Part shown: in pieces, positions 10,343 through 18,800 of the stretch
Layout: the number at the start of each line of letters is the position of its first letter
How positions within the stretch are numbered: the stretch's first letter is position 1
Source: a plasmid
Sequence record: NZ_CP035506.1
DNA length: 64,000 nt
Reading direction: 5' to 3' (one strand)
Notes under the pieces: generated by a model
Databases searched by the model: none
Seen by the model: the letters and a program-made list of their open reading frames with translations, nothing else
What the model was told of the DNA's origin: nothing
Program-made: the position numbers and the translations under genes

Positions 10343-11700
10343 CCATGACACCGATGCTGCCCGGTTCCGTGCCGGTCCATGCCGCATCCGATCCTGTCCG
10401 GCCCGAAACCGGTCTGCGCCTGACAGGCCGCGTCGGCGTGGTGGCGGCGGTGGCGCTGCTCGCCGTCTTTGGCTTTTGGGCCTATGCGACGGAGATCGAC
10501 AGCGCGGTGGCCACGCAGGGCCAGGTCGTGGTGCGCGGCAAGCCCAAGACGGTGCAGAGCCTCGACGGCGGGGTGGTGGAGGAGATCCTCGTCCACAACG
10601 GCGACCGGGTGGAGGAGGGGCAGCTGCTCATGCGGCTCGATCCGACGCTGATCCGGGTGAATCTCGACATCGCCCGGACCCGGCTCGCCGAGGCCTCCGC
10701 CCGCAAGGCGCGGCTGGAGGCGGAGGATCGGGGCCTTGCCGCGCCGGTCTTCACCTATCCCCCCCTGCCCTTCGAGCGGCCGCCCATGGCGGAGCCGGAG
10801 GCAGGCCAGATGCGGGTCTTCGAGGCCCGCCAGCATCTCAATACCGGTCGGCGGGCGCAGCTTGGCGAGAAGCTCGAACAGTTCCGCCGCCAGATCGACG
10901 GGCTGGAGGCCTCCATTACCGCCAAGGCCGAGCAGCTTGGCTATATCGAGCAGGAACTGGCCAACAGCCGGAAGCTCTTCGATCAGGGCCTGATGCGCGA
11001 GCCGCAGATCCTGCAGCTTCAGCGCGCCCGCGCCGAGATGAAGGGCACGCTGGCCGAGGCGGAGGCCGACCGTGCCCGCGTCGGCAATGCCATGCAGGAT
11101 GCGATCATCGAGGTGGATCAGGCCGAGCGGCAGTTCCGAGAGGACGTGGTGACCGATCTGCGCAGCACCCAGACCGAGATCGAGGAATCCACGATCCAGA
11201 TCGTCACCCTGTCGCGCCAGCTGGAACGGGTCGACATCCGCGCGCCCTCGACCGGCATCGTGCACGAGATGCAGGTGACCACGCTGGGCGGTGTCGTGCC
11301 GCCGAACGGCACGATCCTGCAGGTGATCCCGGTGGATGACGGGGTGGAGCTCGAACTGATGCTGGAGCCGCGCGAGATCGACCGGGTGCATCCCGGCCAG
11401 AAGGCGGAGGTGCTCTTCACCGCCTTCGACCATCGCGCCACACCCCGGCTGGAGGCGCATGTCACCCAGATTTCCCCCACCGTCGTTTCCACCGGGACGC
11501 AGGGCGGAACGGAGCGCAACTTCTATCGCCTGGGGCTGGAACTGGAGCCGGGGCAACTGGAGCGGCTGAACGAGAAAAGCTCGGCCATTGTGCCCGGGAT
11601 GCCGATCGAGGCCTTCCTCGAGACAGGGGAGCATACGGTGATGAGCTATCTCGTCCAGCCGCTGGTCAGCCAGATCATGCACGCCTTCCGGGAACGCTGA
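10339..11700 (+). CDS. hlyD: Type I secretion periplasmic adaptor (HlyD/PrtE membrane fusion protein).
   Basis: Has a single N-terminal TM helix (VGVVAAVALLAVFGFWAY), then a long coiled-coil and a C-terminal beta domain. It is translationally coupled to prtD. Confidence 0.85.
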   Translation: MTMTPMLPGSVPVHAASDPVRPETGLRLTGRVGVVAAVALLAVFGFWAYATEIDSAVATQGQVVVRGKPKTVQSLDGGVVEEILVHNGDRVEEGQLLMRLDPTLIRVNLDIARTRLAEASARKARLEAEDRGLAAPVFTYPPLPFERPPMAEPEAGQMRVFEARQHLNTGRRAQLGEKLEQFRRQIDGLEASITAKAEQLGYIEQELANSRKLFDQGLMREPQILQLQRARAEMKGTLAEAEADRARVGNAMQDAIIEVDQAERQFREDVVTDLRSTQTEIEESTIQIVTLSRQLERVDIRAPSTGIVHEMQVTTLGGVVPPNGTILQVIPVDDGVELELMLEPREIDRVHPGQKAEVLFTAFDHRATPRLEAHVTQISPTVVSTGTQGGTERNFYRLGLELEPGQLERLNEKSSAIVPGMPIEAFLETGEHTVMSYLVQPLVSQIMHAFRER

Positions 11701-11871
11701 AGCTTCCTTGCCCGGGTCCTCGGCGTCGCTCCCCGCCCGCCGCTCGCCCGCCCTGCGTGTCGTATCGTGGAGCGGGAGCGGGCTGCCTGCAGGCGGTGCG
11801 CAGGCCCTGTGAAGCCGGGCGGGGCAGTAGCCGAGGGCTGCAGGGGGCACCCTGCCGCTCCCGCCAGAACC

Positions 11872-13344
11872 TCAGCCCGAGCGCGACAGGGTCGGCTTGT
11901 TTCTCTCCGGTCCCGGCTCCCGTCCCTGTTCTGCAGCAGGCTGGCGGCGAAGGGGCAGGCTTTCCCCGCGTGCATTGGACGCTTCCGCCCGCGCGCTCAC
12001 GACGGGCTGCTCCGGCCGCTGTCGCATCGCGCCGATGGCTTCCGGCCCGAACCGGGAGAAGACCGGCCCGCGCCGCACGGGTTCGGCGGCTTTCTCGGTC
12101 GGGGTTTCTTCCTCCGGCCGGTAGCAATTGGCCAGCGCCGCGCCGAAGCCGATGAAGAAGGAGAAAAGCGGTTGCAGCTTGCCGAAGAAGGCCACCGTTG
12201 CCCCGGTGAGCAGGAGCGCCATGATCGCCATTCCCCAGCCGTTCCGCAGCCGGACGACCAGTTCGTTCTTGTTCCCGAGACGACAGGCGGCCAGCCAGAT
12301 GAGCAGCAGGGCGAGGAACAGGAATACCAGTGCCGGGATCCCTGACCGCATCATGATGAGCAGCCAGTAGTTGTCGACGCTCGCCCCCAGCCAGTTCGGA
12401 CGCGAATAGGTTATGGGATCGAACCCGAAGAACGGGTGGCGCATGACGTCATCGATACCGAATTGCCAGATCGCACGCCGGTTCCAGGCTGTTGCGGGGT
12501 TCAGCGAGATCATGGTGATGATGCCGAGCACGCCGCGCCCGGTAAAGGTATCCAGCATCAGGAGCACGACCCCGATCGAACTGCTGACGACCAGGAGCCG
12601 GTTCTTGACGGTCCGCGTGAACCGCTCGATCATCAGCAGCCAGATCTGCAGCGTAAAGATCATCAGGGGGGCCGAGGAGGCGGAGAAGAAGGTGGCGACG
12701 CCGATGAGCGGCGCTCTCCACGTCCTTTGTTCCGGCGTGCTCGCGAACCAGACCATCGTCAGCGTCGACGCACAGAACACCCCGTAGAGGATTTCGTGTT
12801 CGAAGAAGGACTTGGCCCGGAAGATCCCCATGCGCGTCTCATGGTTCAGCGGGTAGTAGTTCCCCGTCATGGCGCGCGCGATCTCATGGGCGATCGGTTT
12901 GCCCGTCAGCCCTTCCGGGATCGCGAAGGCGGCTGATATGACCACCATGACGAACAGGACGTTGATGGTTGCCTTCAGTTGCCCCGGAGTGCGCAGGTAG
13001 ACGCGCGCGACCAGATAGACCACAAGGAATTCAAGCAGATAGAAGCCGGAAGACTGGATGCCGCTCGCCGTGCCGTAAAGAAGGATAAGCGCGGCCGCTG
13101 TCCAGAAGGCATGGGCGACGATAAGCCAGTCATAGGGCTTCATCTTGAGGGACGGCAGTTTCGGCAGGATGACGAGGGTCATGACGATCATGCAGAGTTT
13201 CGACGTGGTCAGGAACATCCCTGCCATGCGGAAACTGAACTCGATCGGCACCATGATGACGCAGATGAGCATCACGACGATGGGCCAGGGGGCCCGCTCC
13301 TTCGTCGCTCCGATGGCCTGATCGCCCGCCGTCCGCGCCGTCAT
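11872..13344 (-). CDS. O-antigen ligase / Wzy-like polytopic membrane protein (candidate polymerase or exosortase-associated O-glycosylation ligase).
   Basis: About 10-12 TM helices with a large periplasmic loop. It overlaps the downstream GT2 gene by 4 bp. Confidence 0.5.
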   Translation of the reverse strand: MTARTAGDQAIGATKERAPWPIVVMLICVIMVPIEFSFRMAGMFLTTSKLCMIVMTLVILPKLPSLKMKPYDWLIVAHAFWTAAALILLYGTASGIQSSGFYLLEFLVVYLVARVYLRTPGQLKATINVLFVMVVISAAFAIPEGLTGKPIAHEIARAMTGNYYPLNHETRMGIFRAKSFFEHEILYGVFCASTLTMVWFASTPEQRTWRAPLIGVATFFSASSAPLMIFTLQIWLLMIERFTRTVKNRLLVVSSSIGVVLLMLDTFTGRGVLGIITMISLNPATAWNRRAIWQFGIDDVMRHPFFGFDPITYSRPNWLGASVDNYWLLIMMRSGIPALVFLFLALLLIWLAACRLGNKNELVVRLRNGWGMAIMALLLTGATVAFFGKLQPLFSFFIGFGAALANCYRPEEETPTEKAAEPVRRGPVFSRFGPEAIGAMRQRPEQPVVSARAEASNARGESLPLRRQPAAEQGREPGPERNKPTLSRSG

Positions 13345-14273
13345 ATCGTTCCGCCTCCTGCCTGGCGCAGCATCCAGACCATACGTTGCAGCCGCAGGCG
13401 GAACAGCGTGCCCGCGGCCCGGATCCGCTCACCCGGCCCGGTAAGCTGGGTACTGGTCATCACCTTGGGAAGGTGGGCGACAGCACTGGCCGGCATGGCC
13501 AGCGCCTTTACCGCCCATTTGGCGTGTGACCCGGCCCCTTCGAATTCATAGGCCTCGCGCGTCATCCGGTTCCACTTCTTGCGAAGCGCCGCCCAGTCGG
13601 AGCGCGAGGGATGCGACACGCGCAGCTCCGGCGCGGCGCCAAGACGCCAGCCCTTGGATGTCGCCCGACGGCACCATTCGAGATCCTCGGACAGCCCGTT
13701 TCTGAGCGGCCCGGTGTGGAGAAAGACCTCCCGCCGCGTGACGAGATTGGCCGTGACCGAAAAGCCCTTCTTCTCGATATAGCCCTTCCAGTCGAAGGCG
13801 AAGACCGCTTCGAAGGCTTCCGCACCCGTACGGGGAGGCGGGGTTTCGTCGAAAATGTCGATGCGCCCGCCGAAGAGGTCGCCGTCCTGCCGTCCGCCGG
13901 TGGCCCGCGCCTGCGCGATCCAGTCGTCCGCGGGCAGGCAGTCGGCATCGAGAAAGGCCAGCACCGGCGCGGTCGTTTCCTTCACCCCGCGGTTGCGGGC
14001 GGGGCCTGCTCCCTTTTCGGCCTCGGTCACGAAGCGGGCGAAGGGAAAGGCCTCTGCGATGGGGGCCAGCGGCTCGGTGGAACCGTTGTCCACGACCACC
14101 ACCTCCACCCCCCTCAGATCCTGAGAAGCGAGTGCGGACAGGCAGCGCCGCAGGCGGGTGGTGTCGTTGTAATGGGGAATGATGACCGCCAGATCGGGAG
14201 CGGCGGTGCCGGGAGCCATCCCGCCGCCGCCTGCTGCCGGCTCAGTAGCCTGAATAGTCGTAGGAATAGTCAT
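13341..14273 (-). CDS. Glycosyltransferase family 2.
   Basis: Carries ...LAVIIPHYND...VVVDNGST...LDADC... motifs. An alternative start at 14219 (MAPGT) would avoid the overlap with the upstream kinase gene. Confidence 0.7.
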   Translation of the reverse strand: MTIPTTIQATEPAAGGGGMAPGTAAPDLAVIIPHYNDTTRLRRCLSALASQDLRGVEVVVVDNGSTEPLAPIAEAFPFARFVTEAEKGAGPARNRGVKETTAPVLAFLDADCLPADDWIAQARATGGRQDGDLFGGRIDIFDETPPPRTGAEAFEAVFAFDWKGYIEKKGFSVTANLVTRREVFLHTGPLRNGLSEDLEWCRRATSKGWRLGAAPELRVSHPSRSDWAALRKKWNRMTREAYEFEGAGSHAKWAVKALAMPASAVAHLPKVMTSTQLTGPGERIRAAGTLFRLRLQRMVWMLRQAGGGTI

Positions 14274-15096
14274 CGCTCGTGATCCGGCATTTGTTCAGCA
14301 CCACGCCCATGACCTGTGTAAGCTCCGACACCTGGCGTTCGGCGGTGTCGATCTGGGACATCGGGGTTTCCTCGGCTGCGACCACGATCAGCGCACAGTC
14401 GACATTGCGCAGGAAGCCGATGGAATCGTCCCCCGTGAACAAGGGCGGAAGGTCGAAGATGGTGAAGTTCGGCTTGTACTGCGCCTCGATCTCCGCAAGC
14501 GCGGTCTTGGTGCGCTGGCTCTGCAGGAGTTCGGCCGGATGGCGCACCGTCTGGCCGTTCAGCCCGAAGGCCACGTTGTCGCCATAGCGCAGCGCGTGTT
14601 CCGAAAACGGCACCCGCCCTTCGATCACGTCTTCCATCGTGTGGCTGACCTTCTGATCCAGAGCATGGGCCAGGGTCACGCGCCGAAGGTCGAAGTCGAT
14701 GACAAGACTGCGGTAATCGCTCTGCCGGGCAAGGCTGAAGGCGAGATTGGCCACAGTCGTCGTCTTTCCCGCGGCGGCCCCGGCCGAGATGACGGCGATT
14801 CGCCGCCAGCCATGGGTTTCGGCCTGCTGGACGAGCCGCGTGCGCAGGATGTCATAGGCCGCCCCGGGCCCGCCGGGATGCAGGGCGATGAGATCGCCCT
14901 GTTTCGAATAGGCCGGCCGCGACGTGTCGAGCGGCCGCAGGGCGGCCCAGGCCGCATCGACCCCATTGCCCTCCACGGCGCTCCCCACCGCGGAAGCCGT
15001 GCCCTGCTGCTGCATGGGCGGCGGCGGAGTGTACTCCGGCCGTGTATCCTCCCGCTGGGCCCGGGCCTTTTCGATCGCTGCCTGCAAGCGTTCCAT
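14242..15096 (-). CDS. Polysaccharide co-polymerase tyrosine autokinase (BY-kinase cytoplasmic domain, CpsD/Wzc C-terminal-like).
   Basis: Walker A is SAGAAAGKTTT, and the C-terminal tyrosine cluster is SDDYSYDYSGY. Start taken at the ATG at 15096, with ggag 8 nt upstream. The track ORF runs to 15219, which would overlap the upstream gene. Confidence 0.75.
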   Translation of the reverse strand: MERLQAAIEKARAQREDTRPEYTPPPPMQQQGTASAVGSAVEGNGVDAAWAALRPLDTSRPAYSKQGDLIALHPGGPGAAYDILRTRLVQQAETHGWRRIAVISAGAAAGKTTTVANLAFSLARQSDYRSLVIDFDLRRVTLAHALDQKVSHTMEDVIEGRVPFSEHALRYGDNVAFGLNGQTVRHPAELLQSQRTKTALAEIEAQYKPNFTIFDLPPLFTGDDSIGFLRNVDCALIVVAAEETPMSQIDTAERQVSELTQVMGVVLNKCRITSDDYSYDYSGY

Positions 15097-15130
15097 CAGA
15101 ATGTCTCCGTCACGATCGTTTCCCGGCCTG

Positions 15131-16642
15131 TCAGAGGCCGATCTGTTCCTTGACCTGCTCGGCGAGAACGTCGAGCGGCTGATAATAGGTATGGATGCTC
15201 CAGACGATGGCCGGAACACAGATGAGAATGAGCAGGATCAGCGCCGCCTTGAGGCTCCGGTGCACCACGGCCTCCCGCGAGGAGCGGATGTAGGGAATCG
15301 TGGCGATCGGCATGATCCCGAGTTTCTTGACGATATCCTCCGGCCGGCGCGGCGAGCGGTTCAGGAGATCCATCAGCAGCACGAGAGCCAGACCGGCGAG
15401 AATGCCGGCGCCGAGACCCCCGCCCGCGATCAGAATCCGGTTGGGCTTGGCTGCGTTGCTGGGCACCACCGGCTGTTGCAGGATGGTGATGCGCTGCCCG
15501 CGCGCCTGGCGTTCGATCCTTTCGCCCGTGGAGGCGTCGAAAAGACGATTCTGGATCGAGGAATACTGGCTCTGGATATTGTCATAGTCACGCTGCAATG
15601 CAGCGAGAGCGACATTGTTCACCGAAGCGCGGCTGATCGCATCCTGAATGCGGCTGATTTCGCCCTGAAGCTGCTCTTCCTGCGCCTTGAGGGTACCGAT
15701 CCGTCCGTCGATCTCGGCCATCTGGGCCTTGAGCGGGTCGCTCTGGTCCGGCTGGGCCGTGCCGGCGATGGTGGCTTCAAGCTGGGCGATCTGGCTTTTC
15801 AGGATACGGATGCGGGGATTGTCGGGGGCATAGACGGCCAGCGCCTGGTTCAGCTGGTTCCGCATCTGGGCAAGCTGCTGTTGCTGGGGGCTCGCATTCT
15901 GCGAGGTGACCGCCTGGATCTGCCCGGTGGACTGGAAGACCTGAATGACGCGGGCCCGTTGTTCGGTCAGGCTCGAGATGTCCCGCCCAAGCTGGTCGTG
16001 CCGCGCCTGCATGGTGATGAGCTGTTGCTGGCGATAGGACTGATCTTCCGGGAGCGCGTCGGCATTCTCCGCCTTGAAGCGGAGGATCTTGGCGCTCTGC
16101 TCGTTCAGCGCGGTCGAGAGCCGTTCGACTTCCTGCTGGAAGAAGTCGTAGGTCTGGCCTGCCATGCCGGTGCGGGATTCCACGTCGTCCCGCTGGATGA
16201 CGCTCAGATATTCGTTGACCACGGCGGCCGCCAGCTGGGGCGTGGGCGCGTCGAAAGAGATGGTCATCTGCCTTGCGCCTTCGCGCGGGGCGATGATCTT
16301 CGTCGTCGTCCGGCTGTTCATGTAGCTCGCGATGTCGTCGGCGCTCATCTGCGCGATACCGGGAATGTTGACCCGGCGCGCCACGTCGATGACATTGGAG
16401 CGGGAGATCAGCCGCTGTTCGATGATTTGCAACCGTTCGAGCGGCGATGTCGTTACCGTGGGAGCGGCAAGACGCGATGGGATCTGCGGCTCTTCGACCA
16501 CGAAGCGGGTCGCGGAGACATAGGTCGGCGGCAGGGTCATCGCGATGATGATACCGATGGCGGTGATCGCCACGGCCGGGATCAGGAACCAGTGCAGCCG
16601 CCGCAGAAAGACGGAGGTGTAATATTTGAGAGTGGCCTTCAC
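15131..16642 (-). CDS. Polysaccharide chain-length determinant (Wzz/PCP transmembrane-periplasmic module). This is the split partner of the BY-kinase at 14242-15096.
   Basis: An N-terminal TM helix is followed by a long coiled-coil periplasmic domain (Q-rich) and a C-terminal TM helix with a GGGLGAG motif. The PEP-CTERM-locus subfamily shows the same arrangement. Confidence 0.75.
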   Translation of the reverse strand: MKATLKYYTSVFLRRLHWFLIPAVAITAIGIIIAMTLPPTYVSATRFVVEEPQIPSRLAAPTVTTSPLERLQIIEQRLISRSNVIDVARRVNIPGIAQMSADDIASYMNSRTTTKIIAPREGARQMTISFDAPTPQLAAAVVNEYLSVIQRDDVESRTGMAGQTYDFFQQEVERLSTALNEQSAKILRFKAENADALPEDQSYRQQQLITMQARHDQLGRDISSLTEQRARVIQVFQSTGQIQAVTSQNASPQQQQLAQMRNQLNQALAVYAPDNPRIRILKSQIAQLEATIAGTAQPDQSDPLKAQMAEIDGRIGTLKAQEEQLQGEISRIQDAISRASVNNVALAALQRDYDNIQSQYSSIQNRLFDASTGERIERQARGQRITILQQPVVPSNAAKPNRILIAGGGLGAGILAGLALVLLMDLLNRSPRRPEDIVKKLGIMPIATIPYIRSSREAVVHRSLKAALILLILICVPAIVWSIHTYYQPLDVLAEQVKEQIGL

Positions 16643-17502
16643 GCCGTCGTCTCCTCTTCTTCCGGGCCAAGCGCGTTGGCACCGAAGAATACCTGATCTT
16701 CAATAACGTTCTGAACGGTTTCTTCCGTGACCTGTGGGGTTTCGCTGCTCCAGGCGTAAAGCATGCAGAAATCGCACAGTTGGTTGACGAGCCGCGGCAC
16801 GCCGCGCGTGGCGGCATGAATGGCGGTGGCCGCCCCGGGGGTGAATTCCGTCCCCGTGCCCCCGGCCTTCACCAGCCGATGGGCGATGTATCCGGCGACC
16901 GCATCGGCATCCATCGCGTTCAGATGGAAGGAGGCCGCCACCCGCTGCGCGAGCTGGCGCATGTTGGGATGCAGCACCATCGCCTTCAGCTCGGGCTGGC
17001 CGACGAGGATGAGCTGGATCAGCTCGTCCTTGCCGGAGTTGATGTTGGTGAGCAGCCGGAGTTCCTCCAGCCCCTCGATGGAGAGGTTCTGCGCCTCGTC
17101 GAAGATCAGGATCACCCGCCGCCCGGCGGCATATTCGGTGATCAGGAACTCCTGCAGCTTCTGGAACATCTGCACATAGGTCTCGCCCGGCGTGATCGGC
17201 ACGGCGAGCGCGTTCAGCACCCATTGCAGAAGCTCCCCCCGCCCGCCCTGCGCGTTGGAGACGAGACCGATGGTCACGTCCTCCTCCAGCCGGTTCAGCA
17301 GCTCGCGCAGCAGCGTCGTCTTGCCAGAGCCGATCTCGCCGGTGATGAGCGTGATCGGCGCGCGGGACAGGATGCCGAATTCCAGAACCGAGAAGGCGCG
17401 GCGATGCTGGGCCGACCAGTAGAGAAAGGAAGGATCCGGCAGCAGCGTGAAGGGACGCTCCCGAAGGCCGAAGAATTCCGCGTAAAGCTGCTGTGGGGCC
17501 AT
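16639..17502 (-). CDS. ExeA/GspA-like AAA ATPase (the 'secretion ATPase' of PEP-CTERM/exosortase loci).
   Basis: The N-terminus is MAPQQLYAEFFGLRERPFTLLPDPSFLY...LITGEIGSGKTTLLREL, which gives a Walker A, and ILIFDEAQNL gives a Walker B. This pattern is typical of ExeA. The gene is translationally coupled to wzz. Confidence 0.75.
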   Translation of the reverse strand: MAPQQLYAEFFGLRERPFTLLPDPSFLYWSAQHRRAFSVLEFGILSRAPITLITGEIGSGKTTLLRELLNRLEEDVTIGLVSNAQGGRGELLQWVLNALAVPITPGETYVQMFQKLQEFLITEYAAGRRVILIFDEAQNLSIEGLEELRLLTNINSGKDELIQLILVGQPELKAMVLHPNMRQLAQRVAASFHLNAMDADAVAGYIAHRLVKAGGTGTEFTPGAATAIHAATRGVPRLVNQLCDFCMLYAWSSETPQVTEETVQNVIEDQVFFGANALGPEEEETTA

Positions 17503-18071
17503 GAATTGCCTTCAGTTACTCTCGTCCGGACCTGGTCGGTCCCTTGCGGGATGCCTATAGCACTCCGCTCTCAAACAATCACCCTGCAACCGGGGGACGA
17601 AACCCCTCTGTGCAGATCTCTCCAATTTGCGGCAGGATGGGCACAATCCTCCGCCCCGTCGATTATGCCCGCTGCCTGACCGGAGGCCGAGAGTCCAGTT
17701 TCGTCGGTCCGGGGACGACAAGGCAAGAGGCGGTGGGGCATGTTCACGATTATGTTGAAGTCCCTTCGGCGGTTTAGCCGCTTCCGCGGCGACGCTTCAC
17801 CCTGATCTGCGAACAATGTGCGGCAAAGTGAAACAATTCGCAATGCTGCAACTGCACAATCAATGTGCACGTGTGAGAAAAACTGTATTTTCATGTTGTT
17901 GGGGGGTGGACGATTAACATTAATGCCCAAACTCCCTTTGCGGGCGCGAGAAAGAATGGTAAGCATTCTGTTAACGCACCGGCACCGCATATATTGGCAC
18001 GGCAGAATCGTGTTGCTCCACGCTGCAGGCTCTTCCTCCCCCCTGGGAGCCTCGGAAACGGGAACGGACTT
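17503..18071. promoter_or_regulatory. Divergent promoter region between the ExeA-like/wzz/kinase operon and the sugar-transferase/TPR/Wza/OMP/exosortase operon. It is locally AT-rich.
   Basis: A 570-bp non-coding gap between divergently oriented operons. Its GC content is clearly lower than its surroundings, and it contains short palindromes (gtgcac, gttaac). Confidence 0.3.
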
Positions 18072-18758
18072 ATGACTGTACATTTCAATTCCGCTTCGCA
18101 GACAGGCCTTTCTTCCTCCCTCGATCAGGACAATCCCCTCGCCACCCCTTCGGGCATTTACCGGAATGGCGCGAAACGGACGATCGACATCCTCCTCATC
18201 GTCCTGGCGCTTCCCTTCGTCCTTCCCGTGCTTGCCATCATGGCGGGCTTCGTGATGATGGACGGGCATTCCCCCTTCTACCGTCAGGAGCGCGTGGGCC
18301 GCGGCGGGCGTCACTTCAGCCTGCTGAAGATCCGCACCATGGTTCCAAACGCCAAGGAGAAGCTCGAGGAATATCTCGCCTCCGACCCGGCCGCCCGCGC
18401 CGAATGGGACGAGACGCAGAAACTCAAGTCCGACCCCCGCATCACCTTTGCGGGCCGCATCCTGCGCAAGACCTCGCTCGACGAACTGCCGCAGCTCTGG
18501 AACGTGCTCAAGGGCGACATGTCCCTCATCGGGCCGCGCCCCATGATGCCGGAACAGCGCGCGCTCTATCCCGGCCAGGCCTATTATGAGCTGCGTCCCG
18601 GCATTACCGGATCGTGGCAGGTGTCGGACCGCAACGAAGGCTCTTTCGCGGGCCGCGCAAAATTTGATCTCGATTATTACAACTCCCTGTCTTTCGTAAA
18701 GGATTTGTCAATTCTCCTGCGTACAGTGGCTGTTGTTGTGCGGGGGACGGGATACTAA
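18072..18758 (+). CDS. Short 'bacterial sugar transferase' (ExoY/PssA/EpsB-like undecaprenyl-phosphate hexose-1-phosphate transferase). This is the priming enzyme of cluster A.
   Basis: A single N-terminal TM helix plus a PF02397-like catalytic domain (...KIRTM...DELPQLWNVLKGDMSLIGPRP...). The ATG at 18072 is in frame with the track ORF 17994. Confidence 0.75.
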   Translation: MTVHFNSASQTGLSSSLDQDNPLATPSGIYRNGAKRTIDILLIVLALPFVLPVLAIMAGFVMMDGHSPFYRQERVGRGGRHFSLLKIRTMVPNAKEKLEEYLASDPAARAEWDETQKLKSDPRITFAGRILRKTSLDELPQLWNVLKGDMSLIGPRPMMPEQRALYPGQAYYELRPGITGSWQVSDRNEGSFAGRAKFDLDYYNSLSFVKDLSILLRTVAVVVRGTGY

Positions 18759-18800
18759 CCTCGTCTCTGGAAAAATGCGTCCGGGATTGGTCCGGGCGCC

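Noticed and set aside
9820-11850. 676-aa minus-strand ORF.
   Set aside because: It is antisense to hlyD and the 3' end of prtD, both of which are strongly supported.
17990-18020. Sigma-54-like TGGCACG...TTGC element upstream of the sugar transferase.
   Set aside because: The GG-to-GC spacing is 14 or 19 nt rather than the required 10-11, so it is not a credible -24/-12 promoter.
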